A stretch of DNA of 64,000 nt, taken from assembly GCA_963825055.1 (NCBI GenBank), contig CAWGSK010000004.1, forward strand, positions 1-64,000. The letters run 5' to 3'. This DNA is from an uncultured Gemmatimonadales bacterium (lineage in GTDB: Bacteria > Gemmatimonadota > Gemmatimonadetes > Gemmatimonadales > GWC2-71-9). Below, piece after piece: positions 51,706 to 60,988 of the stretch; position 1 is the stretch's first letter; every line of letters starts with the position of its first letter. A program made the translations under genes and the position numbers. Below the pieces are notes generated by a model. The model was given only the letters and a program-made list of their open reading frames with translations, was not told where the DNA came from and did not search any database.

Positions 51706-53263
51706 GTGCGTACTCCTGCTCGGTCCGGAAACCCATGCGCTCGAATTTCTCCCAGGTTGTCTTGCCGCGCCAGGCGTCCCACAGCCCGCGCATCCGCCAG
51801 ATCAGTGTCCAGTGGCGGAACATGAAGGGCAGGTTCTCGCCCACGGCGTACAGCAGCAGAATGAGCACGTCACGGCGCCGGCTGAACGGGAGCAGGCCCC
51901 GCTGGAGGCGGTCAGCCAGGCCGAAGCGGAACCGCCACGCCCCGACCAGCACCGCGAAGAGATTCACCAGAATACCATAGCCGAGCGATGCCAGGAAGAA
52001 GGCTATCGCATAGGCCTCGTTCAGGAAGTCACGATGGAACACGGCCTGGAGGACGAGGAACAGGACCACGAAGAAGTAGCCGAGGAGCTCGATGATCGGC
52101 CCCCAGTACTCGAAAAGCCAGAAGGTGGGCAGGGCGAACCATCCGATGCGCCCGAACTTCCGGCGGAAGAGCATCGCGCGGTGATAGAGCAGGGACTCGC
52201 GCAGCCCGCGATACCAGCGGCCCCGCTGCTTGCGCAGGGAGTCGAACGTCTCGGGTACCTCGGTCCAGGCCACGGGGTGAGGGAGGAAGGCGACTCGCTT
52301 GTTCCGGGCCTTGTCCCGCACGAAGCGATGCAGCCGGACGATGATTTCCATGTCTTCGCAGACCGTGCCCACGCGGGCCCCGACGTACTCCCGCACGATC
52401 CGGTGGGTTACGAACGGGGTCAGGTAGCCCCCGGCCCGGATGACCGTCTCCTTCTCGAAGACGGCGAAGACGCCGGAAAGGATGAGGATGGAGTCGAGCC
52501 GGTCGAGGCCGGTCCGTCCGGTGGTGAACGAACGGAGATACTCGACCATCTGGAACCTGGCCAGCGCGTTCTCGGGCAGGCCCACGCTCACCACCCGGCC
52601 GTTCCGGATGGTGCAGCCGTTGGCGATGGCGACCTGCCCTCCGACGGCGACGACACGGGGGTCCTCCTGGATCACGCGCATCAGTTCCTTCAGCGCACGC
52701 TGGTCCAGGATGCTGTCGGCGTCCAGCGAGACGAAGTACGGGGAAGCGGACGCGTTCACGCCCGCATTCAGCGCATCAGCCTTCCCCGCGTTTTCCTTGT
52801 CGATCACCAGCACCTTGGAGACGCTGGGAGGCAGGGGGATGGTCGCCTCGTAGGTGGCCCTGACCCGGGCCGTGCCGATGGCGGAGCGATAGGCCAGGTC
52901 CGTGCGCCGGAGGCGGAACGCCTGCTTCATTACCTCGAGGGTACGGTCGGCGGAACCGTCGTTTACGACGACGATCTCGAACCGCGGATAGTCGCAATGG
53001 ATGAGGTTGGTCACCGTGTCGACGATCGTGACTTCCTCGTTGAACGCGGGGACGATCATCGTGATCGGCTTGGTGGAGTCATGATCGTCGATGAGGTCCA
53101 GGTCCTCGACGAAATGGCCGGCCACACGGCGGCGGACCTGTCGCGCCGACAGCGCGATCAGGGACAGCGTATAGGTGTTGTAGAGGAGGAAATAGCCCAG
53201 GAAGAAGGGCTGGAGGACCAGCCCGACCAGGCCGACAATAACCGCCACCCGTTCGGCGGTCAC
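51698..53263 (-). CDS. processive GT2 glycosyltransferase (PgaC/IcaA-like)
   Basis: IVPAFNEE, VNDGS, LDADS, CEDME, QRGRW; N- and C-terminal TMs. Confidence 0.9.
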   Translation of the reverse strand: MTAERVAVIVGLVGLVLQPFFLGYFLLYNTYTLSLIALSARQVRRRVAGHFVEDLDLIDDHDSTKPITMIVPAFNEEVTIVDTVTNLIHCDYPRFEIVVVNDGSADRTLEVMKQAFRLRRTDLAYRSAIGTARVRATYEATIPLPPSVSKVLVIDKENAGKADALNAGVNASASPYFVSLDADSILDQRALKELMRVIQEDPRVVAVGGQVAIANGCTIRNGRVVSVGLPENALARFQMVEYLRSFTTGRTGLDRLDSILILSGVFAVFEKETVIRAGGYLTPFVTHRIVREYVGARVGTVCEDMEIIVRLHRFVRDKARNKRVAFLPHPVAWTEVPETFDSLRKQRGRWYRGLRESLLYHRAMLFRRKFGRIGWFALPTFWLFEYWGPIIELLGYFFVVLFLVLQAVFHRDFLNEAYAIAFFLASLGYGILVNLFAVLVGAWRFRFGLADRLQRGLLPFSRRRDVLILLLYAVGENLPFMFRHWTLIWRMRGLWDAWRGKTTWEKFERMGFRTEQEYARG

Positions 53264-56200
53264 GGCTGATCCCCGAGCGCCTGCCTCACGGCGGCCACGC
53301 CGGCGCGGACCTCGTCCGACGGGTCTGACGCCGCGATTTTCGCCCCTGCCGGATCACCCACGACGGCCAGCGCGATGCCTGCCGCCAGCCGGTGTTCCGC
53401 CTCGACGTCGGTCCGTGCGACCCGATGGAGGGTCTCGATGTCCAGGGTGGCGCGTATCTGGCCGGCGAGTGTCTCGCGGTCCAGGTCGGGGGGCAGGGCG
53501 GTGGTCTCGTTCCGGATGAGCCGGGTGATCCACGCCGTGGCACGGACGGTGTCGTCCGGATCGGCCACTATCCGTGCCAGTGCCCCCGCCGACGGCGCAT
53601 TCCGGAGCTCGATCGCGGCCTGGCGTCGGACAGCCGGATCGGGATCCTCGAGACGCGCCTCGAGTCGTACGAACTGCCGTGCGGCGCCGGTCGCCCGCAC
53701 CGCCGCGATTCGCACCGCCGCGACCGGGTCTTTGAGGAGCGCGTCCAGGGTGTCCCCATCCACGAGATCCGGGCGATAGGTAAACAGCTCGGCCGTGGCC
53801 TCACGCACTTCCGGCTCGCCGCTCCTGGCCAGCGGGGGCAGCAGCCGGCCCAGGTCATGATGGTGGATATGACGGGCCACGTGCGCGACCATCACGCCTT
53901 CCCGGCCATCGCCCCGGAGCCCCATGATCAGGTCCATGAAGACGTCGAACGCCTTTTCGGCGTGGCCGGCGATGATCTTCATGACCTCGTCGTCATGGTC
54001 TTCCACCCGGAGGACCTTGACCAGCGTCGGCAGGGCGAGGTCCGGCGGAATGCGGGCGAAGAGCGCCACGGCCACACGGCGCACGGCCGGCTGCGGGTCG
54101 GTCACGGCGCGGCGGGCCGTGAAAAGCAGTTCCTCGGGCTCCAGCAGCTCCCCGATGGCCCGGAGCGCCGCGGCGCGCACCTCCGGGCTGGGGTCGCTGC
54201 GCACGGCGTAAATCAGCGCGCGACGGCTCCGCTCACCCTCGAAGGCTCGCAGGGCCCCCACCAGCCGCACCCGTTCGCCGGCATCGAGCACACCCCGCAT
54301 GCCTTCCACCAGCGTGGCTTCCATCTGGTCGCGGCTCAGGCTCGCCAGGGCACGGAGTTCCACCTGGCGCGATTCGCGCAGCCGAGTCCGGATCAGGCGA
54401 TAGGCGGGATCCTGGCGGAGTCGTTCGCGCAGGAGATTTCGCACCGGCTCCTCGTCCATCATGTCCACCACCTGCGCGACGATGCTTTCCTCGTCGTAGG
54501 CCCCGATCGCGAGGGCTGCCGCCGCCCGCACCTCCAGTGGCTCCTCAGGACGGCAGGCATGTGCCAGCGGCCCGGCGCCACCAGGCACGCGGAGGAGTCC
54601 GGTGGCGAGCGCGGCGCGCTCGCGGACCTCCGCCGCCGGGTCCTCGGAGAGGAGCGACAAGAACTTCGGGCCGTACTGCCCGGGCATGTGGCGGATCAGG
54701 GCGTTAACGCAGGCGGTCCGCACCGTCCCATCCGGGTCATCAAGACCGCCGCCCAGCAGGGCGATTGCCTGTTCACTACCCAGCGTGCCGAGGGCGGTGG
54801 CCGCCGCGGCGCGAACCTCCGGCTCGCCATCCTGCCACACCAGCTGGAGCAGGTCGGCGGTGTGCGGCGCGCGCACCTGCGTCAGCACATCCACTATCGC
54901 CAGGCGCGCTTCCGTGTCGCGGCTCTCGAGCAGCACATCGATCAGTTCCGGCAGCGCCTCGGGCTCGATCAGGGCGACTGTCCGGGCGAGCACGCGCCGG
55001 AGCTCGGGGCCCCCCGTCTGGAACGCGCGGAGCAGAGGCGGAAGGGAACTCCGGTCCGCGACCCGTCCGAGCGCGGCGGCGGCCGCCATGCGCACGGCCG
55101 AGTCGCTGTCACCGAGTAGGCGAAGCAGCTCCGGGGTCGCCCAGGAACCGCGTCCGTCCGCCACGCCCTCCGCCGCGGCGGCACGCACGTCCGGCACGGG
55201 GTCATGCAGCAGGCGCGCCAGCTCGGGCTGCGCATCCTGCGCCCGCACCTGTCCCAGGGCGCGCGCCGCGGCGGCGCGGACCACCGGTTCCGGATCGCCG
55301 GTCTTGGGGCGGATCAGCTCGGCCACCTCCGCCTCGCCCAGTTCGCCGACCAGCTTCATCGCGGCGGCGCGCACCTGCTGGTTCGTGTCGCCGAGGCCGG
55401 CGATGGCGGCCGGGACGGCCTCGCGGTGGCCGAACTGCCGGAGGATATCGTACACGAGGGTCCGGATATCGGGATCCGGGTCGTGCGTTGCCAGCTGCAT
55501 CAGCTCGCCGCCCAGGTCATGACGGCCCGACCGGTGGATCGCCTTCACCACCGCCTCGCGCACCGTGGCGGATGGGTGCAGCAGCTGTTCGGCCAGGAAC
55601 TCACGCGCGCCGGCCAGCCCGAACCTGGTCAGCGTCTCGATCGCCTCAGGCGAGGCGGATCCGCCCTCGATCTGGTGGATGATCCGGTTGGGCACGCCGA
55701 GTCGTTCGAGGGCCACGGCGGCGCGGATCCGGATCTCGGGGTCAGCGTCATCCAGGGCCAGCATCAGCGGCCCCTCGGCCGCCGGACCGATATGCTCGAG
55801 GGCCTCGACGCTCCGCATCCGGACCCACCAGGCGGCATCACCCAGGGCGCGGACCAGCGTATCCACCACCTCCGGCTCCTGGAACTGGCCCATGGCGCTC
55901 GCGATACGGGCCCGGACGAACGGCGCCGGGTCGGTCAGGAGGTGGTCGAGCAGGTAGGTGACGGCGCGGGGATCGCCGATCCGGCCCAGGGCGGCAGCCG
56001 CCTTGGCGCGGACCTCGTCGTCCAGGTCGTCCAGGGCCCGGACCAGCGCGGGGAAGGCCCGGGCCGCGCGGACCTCGCCCAGGATGTTCGCGGCCCAGGC
56101 GCGGGCGGGATGCTGGCTCCGCTCCTCCAGGAAATCGATCATCGGCTCGACCACCATTGTGCCGTGGCGGGCGAGGATGTCGGCGATGCGCGGGGCGAGC

Positions 56201-56751
56201 CAGACTTCTGCCTGTTTCAGGGCCTCCACCAGCGGCTCCACCGCACGCGGATCCCCGATCCGGGCCAGGGCACGGAGGGCAATCTCGCGCACATCCGCAT
56301 CCTCGTCCCTCGTCGCCTGGACCGAGGCGAGGAGAGCCGGGACCGCCTTGGCGCTTCCCACCCGGCCCAGGAGCTCCGCCGCGAAGGCACGTTCGCGCCA
56401 GCTGCCGGATTCGCGCAGCCGCTGGATGTAACGCTCGACGAGGCCCAGCCGGTCGTAGGTGTCGAGGAGCCATTGCGGGCGCTCGACCGCGCCCCGGGCC
56501 TGCTCTTCCAGGACGGCCTCAAGGGCCTCGAAGTCACGGAGTGTGCGGGCCTGGTGGAGGACCGGATCGAGCAGGGCGCGGTCACGGGTGGCAAGGCCGG
56601 CCACCAGGTCGCGGTAGATGCCCTTGCGGGCGGCGAGGTTGCGCTCGACCCCGTTGAGATAGGTGGTGTACCCGAACCAGACCGCCACGGCGAGCAACGA
56701 CACGCCGGCGAACACCGCCGCGACGATGAGGATGATGGTCAGGTAGCTCAC
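53260..56751 (-). CDS. membrane-anchored giant HEAT-repeat protein (1163 aa)
   Basis: N-terminal TM, then many DPxPxVRAAAAxALG repeats. Confidence 0.88.
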   Translation of the reverse strand: MSYLTIILIVAAVFAGVSLLAVAVWFGYTTYLNGVERNLAARKGIYRDLVAGLATRDRALLDPVLHQARTLRDFEALEAVLEEQARGAVERPQWLLDTYDRLGLVERYIQRLRESGSWRERAFAAELLGRVGSAKAVPALLASVQATRDEDADVREIALRALARIGDPRAVEPLVEALKQAEVWLAPRIADILARHGTMVVEPMIDFLEERSQHPARAWAANILGEVRAARAFPALVRALDDLDDEVRAKAAAALGRIGDPRAVTYLLDHLLTDPAPFVRARIASAMGQFQEPEVVDTLVRALGDAAWWVRMRSVEALEHIGPAAEGPLMLALDDADPEIRIRAAVALERLGVPNRIIHQIEGGSASPEAIETLTRFGLAGAREFLAEQLLHPSATVREAVVKAIHRSGRHDLGGELMQLATHDPDPDIRTLVYDILRQFGHREAVPAAIAGLGDTNQQVRAAAMKLVGELGEAEVAELIRPKTGDPEPVVRAAAARALGQVRAQDAQPELARLLHDPVPDVRAAAAEGVADGRGSWATPELLRLLGDSDSAVRMAAAAALGRVADRSSLPPLLRAFQTGGPELRRVLARTVALIEPEALPELIDVLLESRDTEARLAIVDVLTQVRAPHTADLLQLVWQDGEPEVRAAAATALGTLGSEQAIALLGGGLDDPDGTVRTACVNALIRHMPGQYGPKFLSLLSEDPAAEVRERAALATGLLRVPGGAGPLAHACRPEEPLEVRAAAALAIGAYDEESIVAQVVDMMDEEPVRNLLRERLRQDPAYRLIRTRLRESRQVELRALASLSRDQMEATLVEGMRGVLDAGERVRLVGALRAFEGERSRRALIYAVRSDPSPEVRAAALRAIGELLEPEELLFTARRAVTDPQPAVRRVAVALFARIPPDLALPTLVKVLRVEDHDDEVMKIIAGHAEKAFDVFMDLIMGLRGDGREGVMVAHVARHIHHHDLGRLLPPLARSGEPEVREATAELFTYRPDLVDGDTLDALLKDPVAAVRIAAVRATGAARQFVRLEARLEDPDPAVRRQAAIELRNAPSAGALARIVADPDDTVRATAWITRLIRNETTALPPDLDRETLAGQIRATLDIETLHRVARTDVEAEHRLAAGIALAVVGDPAGAKIAASDPSDEVRAGVAAVRQALGDQP

Positions 56752-57122
56752 GATGGGTCCGGCAGCAGGCCCTTCACCGCATCAATGAGATCGGAAGGCT
56801 CGATTGGTTTGCTCAGGAAAACGGTGGCCCCTACCTGGCGGGCCCAGTATTCGTCGGCCGGATCGTCCTTGGCCGTGAGCATCAGGATCGGGATCTGCGC
56901 CGTGGCCGGATTCTGCCGGAGGGCACGGCAGACCTGGTAGCCGTTCATCGCGGGAAGGACGACATCGAGAATCACGAGGTCCGGGGGGGAGGACCGTGCG
57001 GTCTCAAGGCCACTTTCACCGTCGGGAGAGAGGACCACCGTGTAACCCTGGGCCGTGAGAATCCGCTCCACCAGGCGTCGCTGGTCCGGATCGTCCTCGA
57101 CCAGGTGGACTACCGCTGGCAT
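56748..57122 (-). CDS. single-domain response regulator
   Basis: LVEDDP, VILDVVLP, MLTAK, FLSKP. Confidence 0.92.
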   Translation of the reverse strand: MPAVVHLVEDDPDQRRLVERILTAQGYTVVLSPDGESGLETARSSPPDLVILDVVLPAMNGYQVCRALRQNPATAQIPILMLTAKDDPADEYWARQVGATVFLSKPIEPSDLIDAVKGLLPDPS

Positions 57123-57234
57123 TCGAGTCGGGAGCTGGAGCCTCGTCCGTCGGGAGTCATGCCCAAACGTAGGCCCCCGGCGCCGGAAACGGAACGCGGG
57201 GGGCCGAATCGGTCCGGGCGGGCCCGGACCGCGC

Positions 57235-58293
57235 TCAGCTCCGGTCGTTGTCCAGGTAGACCAGGGCCTGCCGGCGCCGGATCACCGTCGCGAGCGCGTC
57301 ATAGACCTGGGCCTCAAGCGTGTTGCCGACCAGCTCGCGCATCCGCTCCACCGCGACGTCCGGGCTCATCTTCTCCTGATAGGGACGGCTGGTGGACAGG
57401 GCGTCGAAAATCTCGCACGCGGCCAGGATCCGGGCTCCGAGGGGGATGGACTCTCCCTTCAGGCCATCCGGGTATCCCGTCCCATCCCAGCGTTCGTGGT
57501 GGCTGCGGACGTAGCTGATGATGGAATCCAGGTGCATGAGCGGTGAGAGGATCTGGGATCCGATGATCACGTGCTCCTTCACCGAGTTGTACTCGTCGTC
57601 CGTGAGCGGCCCCTCCTTGGCGAGGATGCCCTCGCGGATGCCGATCATGCCCATGTCGTGCAGCCGACCCGCGATCCGGACCGCTTCGACCTGTTCGTCG
57701 GAGAGACCCATCTCGGCGGCGATCTGGGCGGCCATGTCGGCGACTCGGGACGAATGGCCCCGAAGGTACGGATCCTTCGCCTCCAGGGCGTTGACAAGGG
57801 TTTCGAGGGTCGCCACGGACAGGCGCTCAAGCTTGGCCCGCTCGCTCCGGACCTCCGCGGTCCGGATGGCGACCTCCTCCTTGAGCCACTGGTTCAGCTT
57901 CTGTTGCTCCAGCATCGTGCCCCGGCGGCGGAGCGAGCGCTGAATGGCGTTCGCGAGGTCGGTGAGCTCGATGGGCTTGGTGAGATAGTCCATCGCACCG
58001 CGCTGCATGCAGAGGGCGGCGCTGGTGGCGTCGTTCACCGCGGTGAGCATGAGGAGGGCGATATTCGGTTCCAGTTCCATCACCTGGGGGACCAGGTCCA
58101 CGCCGCTCAGCCCGGGCATGCGGACGTCGAGCAGCATGCACGCGATCTTCTGGCGCTGGAGGACATTGAGCGCCTCCTGCCCGCTCGCGGCGGTCGAGAC
58201 CTCGTAGCCCTGCTGGGTGAGATACTTCTTGAGCGCGGTGCGGATCGGTTCTTCGTCATCCACGACCAGCACGCCAATCGGCCCGTCGGTCAT
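57235..58293 (-). CDS. response regulator with HD-GYP phosphodiesterase domain (RpfG-like)
   Basis: REC (LLDVRMP); GHSSRV, LHDMG, HHERWDGTGYP, SRPY. Confidence 0.93.
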   Translation of the reverse strand: MTDGPIGVLVVDDEEPIRTALKKYLTQQGYEVSTAASGQEALNVLQRQKIACMLLDVRMPGLSGVDLVPQVMELEPNIALLMLTAVNDATSAALCMQRGAMDYLTKPIELTDLANAIQRSLRRRGTMLEQQKLNQWLKEEVAIRTAEVRSERAKLERLSVATLETLVNALEAKDPYLRGHSSRVADMAAQIAAEMGLSDEQVEAVRIAGRLHDMGMIGIREGILAKEGPLTDDEYNSVKEHVIIGSQILSPLMHLDSIISYVRSHHERWDGTGYPDGLKGESIPLGARILAACEIFDALSTSRPYQEKMSPDVAVERMRELVGNTLEAQVYDALATVIRRRQALVYLDNDRS

Positions 58294-58417
58294 CGGAACT
58301 CGCAGGAAAGCGGGGCGCGTCCCGCGGGGGACACGTCAGGCAGGGTGGGGTGGGTTCGCACCCGTGGGGTCAAGCTATGAACCGGTCGGAGGGCCGTCAA
58401 GCAATGCGGGTGCACGT

Positions 58418-59263
58418 TCATCCGACGAAATCCACCTGGACCCGGCGGGGGATCAGGTCCGCATCGGCCGCCCGGTCCAGCAGGAGCTGGACGGCGGCGC
58501 GGCCACGCGAGCCGTAATCGACCGTCCAGTCGTTCACGTACATCCCCACGAATGTGTCAGTCCGCTCCTCGCCGATCCCCCGGTTGAACCGGCTGGCATG
58601 CGCCAGGGCAGGCTCCCGGTGCTCGAGGGCATAGACGATGCTGGCCTTGAGGTCTCGCGCGATCTGGCGGGTGACGGCCTCGCCCAGGTCCCGCCGGACC
58701 ACGTTGCCGCCAAGCGGCAGGGGATAGCCGGTATCCTCGAGCCACCAGGCGCCAAGGTCAGCCCAGAGGTGCAGTCCGTCGTCACCGAAGGTGAGCTGGC
58801 CCTCGTGGATCAGGAGCCCGACCTCCACCTCACCCTGCTCCACGGCCTCCTGGATGCGGTCGAACGGCATGATGACCGTCTCACAGGCCGGCTGGTAGAG
58901 CCGGAGGGCGAGGGCTGCCGTCGTCATGGGACCCGGGATGGCCACGCGGCGTCCGGCCAGCGCGGCGCGCGGGTCGTCCGGTGTCGGCTCGCGGGACACC
59001 AGGCGGGGGCCGTACCCGTCGCCCATGGAGGAGCCGCTGCTCAGCAGGGCGTAGGTGTCGTGGAGGTAGGCGTAGGCATGAATGGATACCGCCGTCACCT
59101 CCAGCTCCCCGTGCAGGGCTCGCTGGTTCAGCGACTCGATGTCGGATAACTCGTGTACGTAGGTGAGCGCGCCTGTATCGATCTTGCCTTCGGCAAGGGC
59201 GTAGAACATGAAGGCGTCGTCCGAATCGGGACTGTGCGCCACATGGATGGTACGGGGTTCCAT
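58418..59263 (-). CDS. mqnD: 1,4-dihydroxy-6-naphthoate synthase (futalosine menaquinone pathway)
   Basis: AHSPDSDDAFMFYAL, DIESLN, LIHEGQLT, PLPLGG, MYVN. Confidence 0.88.
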   Translation of the reverse strand: MEPRTIHVAHSPDSDDAFMFYALAEGKIDTGALTYVHELSDIESLNQRALHGELEVTAVSIHAYAYLHDTYALLSSGSSMGDGYGPRLVSREPTPDDPRAALAGRRVAIPGPMTTAALALRLYQPACETVIMPFDRIQEAVEQGEVEVGLLIHEGQLTFGDDGLHLWADLGAWWLEDTGYPLPLGGNVVRRDLGEAVTRQIARDLKASIVYALEHREPALAHASRFNRGIGEERTDTFVGMYVNDWTVDYGSRGRAAVQLLLDRAADADLIPRRVQVDFVG

Positions 59264-59298
59264 CGGCTTCCCATCAACTCTGGAGACGGCGGGCCCGG

Positions 59299-60099
59299 TC
59301 ACGGCGTGACCCCGGCGGCCTGCGCCTCCCGGTGAAAGTTGCTGACTACGTCCGTATGCTCGGCATACTGCGTGCCGCGGGCCTGCATCTCGGTGGCATA
59401 GTGCTGCTCGAAATCCCTGCGTGCCTGCCGCAGTGTGGCCTGGTCCTGCTGGAAACCGGCGGCGGTCCCCCGGACCAGGTAGGCATAGAGGTTCCCGGGC
59501 TGCTGGACCAGCATCGTGTCCGCCAGCGCGCGGGCCCCGTCCCAGTCACCGATGTCCAGATGCAGCAGGGCGGCGTGGAATCGGGCATCCAGGCCGGGAT
59601 CGGGGACCAGGGCATAGGCCCCAAGCGCCATCGGCATGAACTGGATGACCTGCGCCGTGTCGCCCTGGGCTGCGGCGCGCGTAACCCGGTCGAACAGGCG
59701 GTCGAACTGTTCCTGCGGGGTCATCTGGCTGATATCCGGTGCCGGGGTGATGAAGCCACCTCCGGACGCACCGCCGACGTTGGCCATGTCGGGCGTGGAG
59801 GAGGTGGCCGCAGCGTGCTGCCGGTTCAGGAATATGGCTGTCGCGACGACCAGCGCGATGCAGGCGATCCCCGCAAAAAGCCACGGTCCCCGTTCACTCC
59901 TCGGGAGAGGCACCGCGCCGCGGAGGGCGGGAGCCCCGGAAGCCGGGGTTCCGCACCGGTGACAGAACGCGGCGTTCGGGGAAAGGGATGCTGCGCAGGC
60001 AGTACAGGTACGGGGAGCCAGTGAAGCCCCGCAACTGCTGCAGAAGCGGCCCTCGGCCGGGGCACCACAGGACGGACAGCTTGTGGCAGGGAATGTCAT
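59299..60099 (-). CDS. double zinc ribbon plus TM plus TPR-like protein
   Basis: CPSC/CSSC/CTAC/CHRC, hydrophobic TM, helical C-terminus. Confidence 0.75.
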   Translation of the reverse strand: MTFPATSCPSCGAPAEGRFCSSCGASLAPRTCTACAASLSPNAAFCHRCGTPASGAPALRGAVPLPRSERGPWLFAGIACIALVVATAIFLNRQHAAATSSTPDMANVGGASGGGFITPAPDISQMTPQEQFDRLFDRVTRAAAQGDTAQVIQFMPMALGAYALVPDPGLDARFHAALLHLDIGDWDGARALADTMLVQQPGNLYAYLVRGTAAGFQQDQATLRQARRDFEQHYATEMQARGTQYAEHTDVVSNFHREAQAAGVTP

Positions 60100-60160
60100 G
60101 GGGCGGAATGTAAGGGGGGACCCCCGGCCACGCACCGGGCGCCGGGCCCTATCTTACGGC

Positions 60161-60988
60161 ATGACCGCACAGGCGCCTCCTCCCGCGCGGGCCTTCCTGA
60201 TGGACCTCGACGGGACGCTGTACCAGGGCGGGGGCCCGGTCGCCGGGGCTCCCGGCGTTCTCGAGGCCCTGCGGCGACGGGGGATTCCCTTCCGCCTGGT
60301 GACCAACACGTCGAGCCGTCCGCGCTCCGCCCTCCTGGCCCGGCTCGCGGAGTACGGCTTCCGGGTCGAGCCGGACGAGGTGTTCACCTCAGTCGGGGCG
60401 GGAGCGGCGCTGGCGCGGCAGCGGGGCTTCCACCGCCTCCTGCCCCTGGTTTCGCCGGCCGCGCTGGAAGACCTGGCCGGGTTCACCCTCTCGGGAGGCA
60501 CCTCCGGACCCGCCGTCAGCGGCCCGGTGGATGCCGTCCTGGTTGGCGACCTGGGCGAGGGGTGGAACTGGGCGCTCATGCAGCAGGCCTTTGCCCGCCT
60601 CATGGACGGTGCCGCCCTGATCGCGTGCTCCCGTGACCGCTACTGGCGCCGGGACGACGGGCTCGTCCTCGACATGGGGCCGTTCGTGGCGGGACTGGAA
60701 TATGCCTGCGGGATCACCGCGGAAATCGCCGGCAAGCCGAGCCGTGTGTTCTACGACATGGTCGCAACGGCGCTCGATCCCGCGGGGGAGATCCCACGGG
60801 GAGCCATCGCCATGGTGGGCGACGACGTCTGGTCCGACGTCGGTGGCGCGCAGCAGGCGGGGCTTCAGGGATGGCTGGTCCGGACGGGAAAGTTCCGGCA
60901 GGATGCGCTGGCCGGATCCGGCGTCACGCCGGACCGCGTGCTCGATTCCGTGACCGGGTTGCTGCCGAATGATCCACAGCCTGCCTGA
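60161..60988 (+). CDS. HAD-IIA family hydrolase (LHPP/NagD-like)
   Basis: DLDGTL, VTNT, GKPS, VGDDVWSDV, VRTGKF. Confidence 0.9.
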   Translation: MTAQAPPPARAFLMDLDGTLYQGGGPVAGAPGVLEALRRRGIPFRLVTNTSSRPRSALLARLAEYGFRVEPDEVFTSVGAGAALARQRGFHRLLPLVSPAALEDLAGFTLSGGTSGPAVSGPVDAVLVGDLGEGWNWALMQQAFARLMDGAALIACSRDRYWRRDDGLVLDMGPFVAGLEYACGITAEIAGKPSRVFYDMVATALDPAGEIPRGAIAMVGDDVWSDVGGAQQAGLQGWLVRTGKFRQDALAGSGVTPDRVLDSVTGLLPNDPQPA

